From: Raillietiella orientalis
Taxonomy: Eukaryota
DNA length: 64,000 nt
Direction of reading: 5' to 3'
Assembly (NCBI GenBank): GCA_036172245.1
Contig: JAYWIR010000033.1
Location: 62,001-126,000, forward strand
Shown here: in pieces, positions 37,836-50,799 of the stretch
Numbering within the stretch: the stretch's first letter is position 1
Layout: the number at the start of each line of letters is the position of its first letter
Notes under the pieces: generated by a model
Database searches by the model: none
What the model was told of the DNA's origin: nothing
The model's input: the letters and a program-made list of their open reading frames with translations, nothing else
Made by a program: the position numbers and the translations under genes

Positions 37836-37929
37836 ACCTTTACTACAAACATACAAGTTACGTTCGACATATTTCCTAAACTCAAATTTTACTGTGCATC
37901 CCACACTACATTGCACCAATAATAACCAA

Positions 37930-38122
37930 TTCTTATACAACATGGAACTTGCAATTCTACAAACCCATGAACATTAATACCATATTACTAGTAAAAGTAT
38001 CCATCATTGATAAATTTAAAATTTACCGCTTTACTCAGCCATTTTACCACCACCACTCATTTAACATTACAAGTTAAATAAAACTACTAACCTTCAAAGT
38101 TAAAAATATAAAATCTTATGAA
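37930..38122. tRNA. Pseudo mt-tRNA cluster trnC(-), trnY(-), trnW(+)
   Basis: GAATTGCAAGTTC on minus, GGTAAAATGGCTGAGTAAAGCG on minus, and CTAACCTTCAAAGTTA on plus. Confidence 0.6.
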
Positions 38123-38126
38123 CATA

Positions 38127-39649
<1,523 letters not shown>

Positions 39650-39650
<1 letters not shown>

Positions 39651-39712
39651 CTGATATGGAAGAATTAATGCAATGGACTTAAAATCCATCAATCCTACTT
39701 AGGAGTAAAACC
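39650..39712 (+). tRNA. trnL2: Pseudo mt-trnL2 (TAA)
   Basis: TCTGATATGG..GAATTAATGCAATGGACTTAAAATCCATC directly after cox1. Confidence 0.8.
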
Positions 39713-40269
39713 AAATTCCAAAAATTGTACTCCACCATCAAAAGACTCTCAAACTCGCTACCTTCCTTAACACCCCTAATACACACATTTCCATCCCTAT
39801 CCATCCTTTTTGTAATAAACACCAACTACCTAACTTATCCAGTTATTAAATCGACCATTAACCAATGACTAAAATCATGAAAACATACAATCTACAAAAC
39901 TTTCAAACTGAAATCCAAGTCCAAGTCCACCATACCCATTAAAGAACCCTATGACTATTTACAATTACCATCACCCCATACAACCATGCTCAACTGAAAA
40001 TGACCCCACTTTCCAATCCATCAGTAAATAAAATTAACTCAATCGATTGACCCACCAATATCTCCTTCCATGCGACAAATTACATAATAACCCATACTAC
40101 AATACATAACATACAAAAACACCCACAAACACCATTAAAATTCTCCAATAATACACTATGGGAAACTAACGCAAACGGCACATCACTAATACACAATTCG
40201 TTCCAAATAAACATATTAAAATAGCAAATACAATGCACTGGATTTCAAATACATCAACAACATTTAGCG

Positions 40270-40912
40270 TTAGCACCTCTCATATTTCAAAACTCGTACT
40301 CCCCCCTCACAGAACATTTCATCCTACTACACCATTACATCATGATCACTCGAATCATCAACTGTTTAATAATCCTATATAATACCTTCATCTACCTCTA
40401 TGACTCCTACAAAAACTTCATACTACTCAAAAACCACCTTATAGAACTTGTCTGCACCTCCCTGCCCTCACTCATCCTCCAACTGATCATACTTCCCTCC
40501 TTACACATCCTCTACCTCCTAGATACTAGCTACTTACCCTCCATAGCTATTAAATCAATTGCTATCCAACGATTCTGAACATACGGATATTCAACTTTCA
40601 AGAAAACCAAATTCGATTCCTTCATAGTACCAGACAGGATTCTTAGACAACGACAAACTTCTACCTTATAACACCATAATTCACATAATCATCACATGAT
40701 CAGACGTTCTTCACTCGTGACCCATCCCATCCTGAGGAATTAAAATCGACGCCATCCCTGGACGACTTAATCAACAAGCCATCTTCCTAGATAAACCTGG
40801 CGTATCATTTGGACAATGCTCCGAAATTTGCGGCATCAATCACAGATTTATACCACTCCAACTCAACTCAGTGAGACTAAAAGATTTCATTCATACAATA
40901 ACAGAAAATTAG
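40270..40912 (+). pseudogene. cox2: Mitochondrial cox2 pseudogene
   Basis: [26 protein letters not shown] and [15 protein letters not shown]; deletion near 40640. Confidence 0.95.
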
Positions 40913-40976
40913 AATTTTAGATAAAAAAAAAACAATAACCTGGCAGCTTATAATTGGTAAAACAAATTTTAGAACT

Positions 40977-41760
40977 TTATTTCAACACCACACTTAACAC
41001 CAATATACTGACTCCCTCTATGCATCTTCTTCACAACCCTAACCGCAAGCATAACTCTATTTATCCCCCTCCACATCGCACCATCACCATCACACAAAAA
41101 CCATAAAATAAATACCAAAGGATCATGATACATTCTATCTTCACCCCCTTACACCCCTGCACCATAACCCCACCATATTTCATCACTACCTCAATCACTA
41201 TCATCCTAATCCTTTCTTACCCCATATGAATAATACCAACAATTTCGAGACTCTCCATCGCTGGTCCAATAACGATACTGGCAAAAACCATCAACAATAA
41301 CCCACACTACCAAACCACTACATCAATTAAAAGATTCATTACCTTCTTAATCACCATTACTCTCATAAAACTATAAAGACTAACCCCTTATACAAGCCCC
41401 TCATTCGCCAACTTATTGCTATCAACATTCCTTGCCATCCCACTATGAACCGCCAGACAACTATTTTCCATTTTCAACAATCACTCGAACTTCCTAACCC
41501 ATCTTATCCACAAAGGAACTCCCCTTTCACTCTCCCCATTCATTCCATTATTAGAAACCATAAGACTGATAATACAACCCATATCCTTATCGCTACGACT
41601 AACAGCCAACATTACCCCCGGACACATCCTTATTACTATACTATCCAACAAACTCACAAACCTCGTCCCATCCAGACCTATTATAATACTAGAAATTACT
41701 AGAGCTTTCATGCAAGCTTACATCTTTATTACACTAACATCACTATACACAAACAAATAA
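40977..41760 (+). pseudogene. atp6: Mitochondrial atp8 and atp6 pseudogenes (after a decayed trnD)
   Basis: ATGATA overlap at ~41125; HLI..GTP..L.PFIP.LETIS and LSLRLTANI..GH motifs. Confidence 0.85.
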
Positions 41761-41764
41761 CTAC

Positions 41765-42540
41765 AATAACAAATCACCAACCCTTCTTCATCCACCAATA
41801 CAGCCCCTTACCCTTTCTCATCTCCCTATCACTCCCATCAATAACCCTCTCCCTCACATGGCTTATGCACAAAATATACTCACCCATTACCCTATGCATT
41901 ACAACCACAATCTTAAACAGAATCCTCTGCGGAAAAGACATGAAGCGAGAATCCTCATTCATGGGTATTCTCCCAAGAAAAATAATAAAAACACTGAAAT
42001 TTGCCATAATCATATTTATTATCTCAGAAATTTTTTCATTCATATCATTCTTTTGGTCATTCTTCCATTCTGGATTAATATACAATCCACAATTTCGATT
42101 TTCCTGACCTCCAACTAATCTTACACTACCCTCCGTTATAGAAATACCACTATTTAATCCTATTCTTTTATTAAGATCCTGCATTTCAATAACATCAACA
42201 CATCACTCCCTCCTAAATAAAAATTACTCCATCTCACTTTTCTCTCTACTTATTACTATTGCAATCGGATCAGCATTCCTCAGAACTCAAGCCATAGAAT
42301 ATTTCACACAAGTTCTCTATTGCAGATTCCATTATTGGCTCTGCATTTTTTATTGCACCAGGATTCCACGGCTTACACGTATTTGCTGGCCTCATTTTCC
42401 TCGCCTTATCTATAAGCCAAATCTTTTCGCTTTCCATTACTCACCTCCATCACCTATCATTTGAATTCCCCATTTGGTATTGACATTTCGTAGATATCGT
42501 GTGACTCTTCCTATTTTTATTTATATACTTATGAACATAT
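41765..42540 (+). pseudogene. cox3: Mitochondrial cox3 pseudogene followed by trnG
   Basis: FIISEIFSF.SFFWSFFHS, WPP, GFHGLHV and WYWHFVDIVWLFL motifs. Confidence 0.95.
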
Positions 42541-42604
42541 TCTTTTAGTATATACAGTAGAACAAACTTCCAATTGTTAAGAAATAAATAGTACTTCTTC
42601 TAGT

Positions 42605-42838
42605 GTATCGCACTAATCTCTAATATCCTTATTCTTACTACCCTACCAATACACAAAATCAACCTTACCATCTTCTCACTATTACTTCAGATAAAAAATT
42701 CTCTTGTCATTTGTGCTATCCTCATTCTTCATCCTGACATGAGTAGGAATCCAAGCCATTACTTTATCCACTTGTCACCTCTTAGACAAATAGAATCACC
42801 CATCTACTTCCTATTCTTCATCATGTTCCCTCTCTGAT
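42605..42838 (+). pseudogene. cob: 3' fragment of mitochondrial cob followed by trnT (42841-42895)
   Basis: ILTWVG...Q..SPIYFLFF resembles the cytochrome b C-terminus; TTGATTTTGTAAATTAA anticodon arm. Confidence 0.6.
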
Positions 42839-43339
42839 CCGGCATTATTAGTTTAATTAAAACATTGATTTTGTAAATTAAATAAATAAATTAATGGCAA
42901 TAATATACCGTCAAGAACTAATCCTTCGTACCCAAAATTTATTCTTTTTAAATAATTCTAACCACCTCACCATACCATCCTCCCATTCCCACCATCACAT
43001 TTCTAGCAGCTCCCATAATCAACCGTTCACACATATAACAACTGCACACACCTCTACCTTTCACCAATCTCCCGTGCGGATTTTAATCTTAAAATTTTAC
43101 ATCTAACTGAACTTACAAACACAGTAATCAGTATCTTATCATTAAAAATATCCATTGAACAACCATTAACACAGTCAATCTTCTAAACACTTTCAAATTC
43201 GTAGTCATCAACTACTATTCAACCCTACTCACTAAAATCAATATTTCCACAGAATCATCTACATATATGAAATCTATTCTTAAAAATGTTTTAATTTTCA
43301 ATATTCATTACTTAAAACATATTACAATTTAATAAAAGC

Positions 43340-44260
43340 CAATTTAACTCACAACAGGCTAAACTCAAATCATAGACCTCTTCAATCAAACAAACTTACT
43401 GTAGCCTTATTCACCCTATCAACATTGAATTCGAGATCAAAATAAAAAATTTCATATCAATTAAACTCCCCGTTATAATTAATTATCCCTTAAATAAATT
43501 TTTCTTTATTTTTAGAACGCTATTACTTCATATTAAATGATCATAAAATAAATTCCTCATTATCCACCCTAGATAACATCCTATCGAAATTTGATTCCAC
43601 CGCTACATTTTCAATCTATTCGTGACAACACTTGATTCCAAAAGTATTATCGCCCCTTAAATTTATCATAGATTTTTCAGTATAAAATTAAATTCAAATA
43701 CAAACAATAAAACAATCTTCGATGCAATTTCAACCTATCAATTAAATTATTACTATACTACCTTAGTACAACCGATATACCACAACTCTTCATTACACCC
43801 CAGACAAATTATACCCTATCTCACCCATAAGAAAACATTGTAAGAAACAAATTTTTACTAATTTCCTTATCACATTCCTACTCTACAATTTCATTTTACC
43901 CATCTTACCAATTCAGACGTCACTTCCCACAATGAGAACTATATTCCATTTTTATAATATTTTTACGATCCACACTAACCCAATATAAAACTTTACCTCA
44001 AACCTCATAATTGTACCGATTACATTTAAAAATAAGCCAAAATTATCCTAGATTTTAGCTCCTACCAATTCAAAATATGAATTTGTCAATATATCACCTC
44101 CAAATAAAACTTTACCGCATTTTATTACATACAAAAATCACTCTATTCAATTCGTCAACATTCGAACATTAAATAGAAATTTCAATTCAATACAAAAATA
44201 ATTTGCATTTATCATTAAGCAACAATTCTTTTCAATATTTTCATCTATGACCATAGAATA
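43340..44260 (-). rRNA. rrnL: Strongly decayed mt large-subunit rRNA
   Basis: Remnants AACTCAAATCAT, TTATCCCTTAA and TA.GCTACCTT in the expected order; position before rrnS. Confidence 0.55.
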
Positions 44261-44339
44261 AAAATTTTGAACTCCATACCCAAATTTCACAAAATTCCAA
44301 TGAATTACCAATATGAAATTAATTTTGACCTCAATTAGT

Positions 44340-44528
44340 AAAATTACTCCCTTGCCAAGATACACCTTCCGGTACATCTACTATGTTGCGACTTATCAAA
44401 TATTCATCAGAGCGACGGTCGATTTGTATTTAATGATTATCACATTCAATTTACCCTTCTTAAACAAATTTGCAATTAATTCCTATTTCAATACAAAATT
44501 ACATATGTATATCCAAACCAACCATATT
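44340..44528 (-). rRNA. rrnS: 3' end of mt small-subunit rRNA (pseudo)
   Basis: ACACCTTCCGGTACATCTACTATGTTGCGACTTATC and GAGCGACGGTCGATTTGT match conserved 12S blocks. Confidence 0.9.
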
Positions 44529-47004
44529 GAAGTTCCCCAAGTCCCTGATGGCGAACCGTTTCGCCACGGGCTGGAGGCAAGAAGTGACGATGGCGCCCTC
44601 TCCATACTCAACTCGAGCGGCTGCAGGCGGATGGGGCCGCTGAGAGGAGCCACGTGCTTAGCTCAAGGGTTTCGAAGAGTCCCGCGAGGCGGCGGTGGTT
44701 CTGCTGGCGCCCAAGCCGAGCTTCAATTCCAGACTGCGTTTTTGAGCTCAGGGGCATTACTAGCCGGGCGGGCACTGGCGGGCTTCTGGAGCAACGGAAA
44801 AACATCGTCTTCAGAAAAACGAACGGACAGGTAACCCTGTTCAACGTCAATCAGAGTTTCATGTTTACTCTCAATTCGTCCACTACCGCATCGTCTGAAT
44901 CGAAATGGAAGCGAGGTGCAACGAGCACTCGTCCTGTCAACCGTCTCTCGCCAAACAAGCATCGCAATGACCATCCGGGAGAACACAACTGCGATACTGG
45001 AAAAGATTGGCAGAGGAAAGCATCGCACCTCCGTTCAAAAACATTGACCAGCTGACTGTGATTCAGCCACGGTGTAGTCGCGGAAGTCAGGCGCTACCAA
45101 CATGCCCTGGAGCTTCAGCACTGACAACGACGGCAAGCGATGCACCTCGCTGCGTATCTACTCAGAAGGGAATTGGGTATGCACTTCTCCGCTTTCACCG
45201 CATCTGGAAGTGACCCTCGGGCTCCTGAGGAGAAAATTTCCGTCATGTTCGCAGGCTAGGATGGGATTCTTCCCTACCCTCACCCGTCCACCGCATCCTA
45301 AATAAGTTCTGCCTCGTGCTCTGAACCAGAACACTTCCCTACACGTCTCGCGCAACGCAGACCACGCTACACTGCCAAACAGTGCCCGCGCAAACCTGTC
45401 CTTTTTTGCACGACCTTGCTTTCCCCGGCAAGGTCAACTAGCAGAAATCTCAGGGGGAAGTGTTTCGGTACATGCGCAGTGCAGTCAGCTCGCCTGCATG
45501 TGGCAGTGCTCACACCTCCTTGGACCCAAGTCGCAGATCCGAAAAGCGGAACACTACTGCCACTCCTGTAACAGCATCGCGGAAGGGGTGAAGAAAGGGA
45601 GGCACGACCGCCGATCCCAATTTGCCCGCAAGAATTGCCTTTGCGGCACGCCGATTGCGAAAATGGTCAAAAGCCTGTTTCTTCTGCAGCTCCATCCCCA
45701 AATCGCACTTTCCGCCTTCCTCTTCAGAGACCGTCCTTGCTTATGCAATCCGCTCCCCTTATCACGCCATTCGTCAGGTGTGCCCTACCTCTCTTCCGCT
45801 GGTCTTTTCCTGCACTCCGTCAGTTCCAGCTCACTATTCCCGAAGTCACACTCCTCGCGGCCAACACGCCCACCTTCCCACTTGCAACCTTGACGTCCCA
45901 TCCCACGGCGAGCAGCTCAATCTTTTAGCAATATCCCTGCTCTTACAACTGCTTCCCAGAGCTATTCACAACCGCTCCAAAGGATGCCACTTTTTCTTCA
46001 AAAGTCTCCTCCTCGGACCACGCTACGCATCGCCGGACAATCATTAAATAGAAAGTCTCCTAAACACAACAACGAACTTCGACGTCGCTGTCTCAGCAAC
46101 CTCGAATGCGGATGTCTCTTCACCCAGCATGCGGCCCGCCACCTCCACCGATCTCGTTTCCATGGACTGCTGACTCAAGAAATTTGCGGCACTAATTACA
46201 AGGCAGCCATGCCGTTTCTTCCTTTAAAAGGCGGCTGAGGCTGCAACTGTTCCCAGAAAGCGTGGCATGCAAGACCTCCGGAAAATTGCAGCTCCGTCGA
46301 GGAGATGCCAGCATGTTCCAGGGCGGAGGGGACAGCTTGCCTCGGGAAGTTGGATCTCGGGGAGATACTTGGATCGACGAGGAAAGAGGCCACGTGCAGA
46401 ACGATCCGTGCACCGACGTATCTGAGGCCTGCGTCACGTTGTGCTCGGCGAGGCCGTCTTCTGCACGTTGGCCATGAAGATGCCTTCGGTAACGGAAGGG
46501 GTCCACAAGATCGAAACCGATTTTCCTGAGTATGCACCCGAGTCCGCGACCTTGCATTCCACTTCTGGGCAAGGTGAGAAGGTATATTTCCTGAATCCCA
46601 TCTGCCCTCACTGTGGAGAAACGTGGCAGGACCGGGAAAGAATTAGGAAGCCGGGCGCCTTTGTGGTCCATTACGGACCCATCTGTCTCCTGGTGAGAGA
46701 ACGTGTTCACACATCTGAGCACAAGCACGTGCAGGCAGGAGCATCGCACGCCGACGGCTCGCCGTCCTTGGCGGAGGACGTGCGCGCCACACGCGTCAGT
46801 GCTGGCCAGCAACCAAGCTGCTCCGGAACGGGGGCCGTGAGCAGCTTCAAGTCAAGTGCCAGAGCGGATGCCAGCGCGGAATGCTCGCACCCTGTTGACA
46901 GCGCCCATCCTTACCGGAACGCCATGTCTATGATCGGAAAATTTTTCCGTAGATTGCTCGTTTGCGTTGCTCCACGGCGTCGCCGTGAAAGATGAATTAA
47001 TAAA
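44529..47004 (+). pseudogene. Gene X copy 3, part downstream of the NUMT
   Basis: Matches 11075-13568; frame 46441-46995 ends at a stop plus AATAAA. Confidence 0.55.
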
Positions 47005-48029
47005 TTCCTGTTTCAAGTGGCTCAGTTCGAATCTCCTGTTGGTGGGCTATACGGGTTTGGATTGGTTTGCTGGGGTGCGCGCGCAAGTCCCTGAACGTGC
47101 AACATCTCGCTAGCCGGCTGGCGCAACCTGCTTCCAGCGTGCTGTCGACGCCTGTGGCAATTCGACACATGCAACCTCTGCAGCGAAAGCAGCGCGGCAT
47201 CCGTTGACGTATACGGTGTGGTTGGCATGAACCATCCGGAGAAGGAGCCGACTCTTACAGCACACAGTTTTGGAAAGCGAACCACTACTGCGACGTAGTG
47301 GACGCGTTTTCCGTCAGCAGGACGAGATTTCCTTCTCGACACGGAGCGCACACCAAGTCCTTCAGGCTGATGAGTCCATAAAATCCATTCTCAGGCATTC
47401 CTAAACCGGCCTTTATTTCACTATCTGGCGTGAGACAACAAACGGAAAGCGGAGAAGACTTGCGCACATACTTCATCACACCGCGGCTTGTTTCGGCGAC
47501 AGAAGCGTGCCATGCTCGATTCTGACGATCGCCGACTTGCTAATCTTCTGGTGGCAGCTGGACAGCTTCTCTTCCGGGGAATAGTCACTCCGGTGCACCG
47601 AGCTGCCCAAGATACTTAGACGCAAGCATGGAAAAGTGGATCCATTCAGATATCCTGCCCACGCGATACCGAATGCAACCATGGACGGGTTCGCTTTGTT
47701 CGTCCTGTTCACCTCCATTCCAGTCCCTCAGCTCAATGGCTCGAAGAAATCTTCGCTCACCGACAACGGTGTTGACATGGAGAGTACCAAAGGAAAATTG
47801 TCCGCGGATGCTGACACGGACGGTGCGATTCAGCATCATATGTCAATCGAGCTAGGGCTCTTCAGCGGCTCAGCAACAAATCGTGGAAGATGCTGAAGAG
47901 CAAGTGGTTCAGACTGGCGACCAGCCGTATGCGTAACGCACCTCCACAGTGTACGCACCTTTTGCCCTCTGAACGAATTGTTTATTATTGCGCTTCCCGG
48001 CAGGTGTGCATAGAGTAGTTTGAGATTCG

Positions 48030-50457
48030 GAAGCGCTGGCGTACCGCACGATGCAGAAGAAACTGCTGGTCGATGCAGTCCAATATATGAAGACGCAAAG
48101 GTTGCTGGCGAAGGTTTGTGCTGGGACAAGCCTTCGCGGGATTGCATACGCTTTCATCAGCACGGAACAGACATAAGCTATTTGCGAGCGAGTTATGGAA
48201 GCTAACCTGTTCGAAGCGTCCATCTGGCTAGAGCTCTTACAAGAAATCGAATTGGTGCGTAGCCAGAATTCCATTGCTTGCGCCGGCAAATGCTCAGATG
48301 GTCAAGATGGGGAGGTCGCTTTTGCGGGCGTTGTCGACTTACGCAGAGAATTCCAGTACCTCGACCAGAATCTTCTGCTGTAGCTTCAAGAACGCTTAAG
48401 CTTCCCGGTCTCATTATTGGCCTATCAGCGCTCCAACTGGCGCGTCGCGCTCATCGACTTTTCCATCATCTGGCAGAACGTGCACGGCGTGCCGGTGCGG
48501 CGTGGGATACTCCAGGCAGACAGTCAGAGCATACTGCTCTTCAGTACCTACTTCGAGATGGTAGTGAGGGCGTGCATGGAAGATCTGGCGCTCCTGCCGC
48601 ACGACTGCTCCAGTACGCCGGCGGTTTCATCGTGCGGGGAGAACCACCTGTTACTGCTCCCTCCGTCCACCCCGGCTTCGGCGGTCTAGGAGTTCATCGA
48701 CCAGTTGAATGGGCGATCCGGTCTTACGGAGAACAGGAAAAATTCGTACGTATTGCATGTTGGTGCGACTTGAGCAGGGCAGCAGCACTGGGTGCGTTTG
48801 GGGATCCGCACAATTAGGTACGTCAAGTACGTTGGTGTACCGTTCGCGGTCAATCTTCCTGCGCAATTGTGGTCCGGCAGCCTACGAAAGGTAGAGAATG
48901 CGATCGTCCCGTTCCGAGGAGACAATTGTTTCCTGCCGGACCGGCCACGGTTTCTAAGACGTTCGCGGCTCCACTCCTTCGACGTTTACTTTTTGATTGC
49001 CCCTTTCCACAAACAGAAGCAAAAAGCGTACGAATGCCCCCCTTCGAATCGCCCTTCGGGACAACGGGAGTTCGCGAGTCAGCTTGAGAACCTTGTGCGC
49101 CCTTGCACGTCGCGATGGCGGTCCAGGCATCCTGACGTTGCATCCTATGGAACATCAGCTCCAGTTCGGCATGTTGCCCGTTGTGCCGCAGTTGTGGTGC
49201 AGCTGCTGGTACGTACCTGCACTTCCCCTTGTGAAGAAAGCCACCAAGAAGACGGGACTAACGTCCTGTCTTTTACTCCATCGCTACCGCATCAACCGAT
49301 GTGGGCTCCAGCTTCGGAGGGTGCCTGAGTAGGTTCGGAAAAACCACCAATAGATCATTTGTCTCTTCTGCGAACACTAGTGTCTGGTTGCCGAAAATCG
49401 TCCGCTCGTGTGCACAGTGAGCCATGCAGCGCGCCTAACAGGAACCACGGTTCCCTTTTAAGAGATGCAGAGGTTGCACGCTCCAAGAGATCCCGTAGGA
49501 TCCGAAGAAGCAAGCGTGGTCAGAAGGAACCACCCTCGCTGCTTCGCTGGCCTCCTTAATGGAATATCTCGACAGTGATGTTGCGGAGAAATGGTGCTTT
49601 AAAGTAAACATTTCCGTAAAGGAGAACAAGCAGGGAAAGTGGAAGACGGGTCAGTTAACAGACACTGCGATTCCATGTGCGCCTCCCAATAGGCTTCTGC
49701 TCTTTGGCGCGCTTCTCGATGGTCCCTTCGATCATCTGAAGTAACATGCTATTCTCTTGAACTCTTCCACCCTCCCCTGCAAATGGCAGCAGTTGGCTCT
49801 ACTGTTCAAGCATTAGTGACTCCCTTGCAACGCCCTCCGACACCAGTGGACCTGGGCAGTGCTCGATCCCAATTGTGTTAAATGCAGTGAACGGGAGTCC
49901 CTCTTCTACCTCAATGTGGATTCTGTTGCTCTTCTGCCCCTTTCGTTTCGCTCTTCCGCTCCCTTCGCTATTCCCTGTGGCATTTCTAGGTACGCATTGA
50001 AAGCCCTCTTTGTCAAAAAAGCCCTTTGGCCAGCGGCCTCGATAGCAACCAATGGTCGCCTTCGCGGTATCGTCTTCAGATGGAGCGTCGCTACGGGAGG
50101 ACCACGCCATCAGGATCCCATCCAGGGTGGCGCCCATTTCCTGAGGAGGGCGTCGCGATAGCCCCACCTGGATCCGCGAGAACAAGAACACCTTTTCGGC
50201 ATCCTGAGAACGATGCAACGGCCCCAGCAGCAACAGTGATCCCTTCTCCCACTCTTGGTTTTCTTTCTTTCTTTTTTTTTCTGTTTTTCCCTTTTACCGC
50301 TGCTGCCTTCGTGCACCGAACCGGTCTGAGGTCTCACGACCAGCGAGCCGGCAGGATTCGTGCTTCCTCGTCCGAAGCTGGAGCATAGCTCCAACCACTG
50401 ACGTCTTTCTTTAAGTTTATTTTTAAATAAACGCACCGGCCAAATCCGCGTAGAAAT
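48030..50457 (+). mobile_element. Old Tx1-like ORF2 (RT to CCHC finger) with 3' UTR
   Basis: VDLRREF, GVPVRRGILQAD, VKYVGVP, LCALARRDGGPG and CVKCSERESLFYL; terminal motif at 50426-50457. Confidence 0.88.
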
Positions 50458-50799
50458 CCAATGATTCTCGCATGTCGACAGCGACCGCATCACCGGTGAC
50501 CCCAAACCCTCTTTCCACATCGCGTCCTCCATCAATTAAGGCCGCTCTGAAATTCCGGTGGCGACCGTGTTCTTTGTCTACAGCCGACTCCAAGTTCCTG
50601 TCGAAGAACTCGAGTTTCTCGGACACCTCCATGTGCAAACGAGACGTTCGCTTCACGCGGAATTCGGCTGCAATCAGTGCGCACAGCTGCTTTGCATAGA
50701 GGATGCATCCCGAAGCTCGTGTTGATCTGCAGCGGCCTCGCGGAGATTAAGCAGGCAACCTCGTCCCTGTCACTTCATCAGAAGCATCTCTTATTCCTC

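Noticed and set aside
44313..44834. ORF spanning the NUMT-gene X junction (also 62620-63210)
   Set aside because: It starts in antisense rrnS sequence and recurs only because the block is duplicated; there is no evidence of coding function.
46170..46350. Locally divergent patch in gene X copy 3
   Set aside because: Garbled but still collinear with 35975-36185; more likely low-quality consensus than a new insertion.
47366..47400. Hammerhead ribozyme core CTGATGAG
   Set aside because: No stem II or GAAA follows, and the motif is not conserved in the paralog at ~14880.
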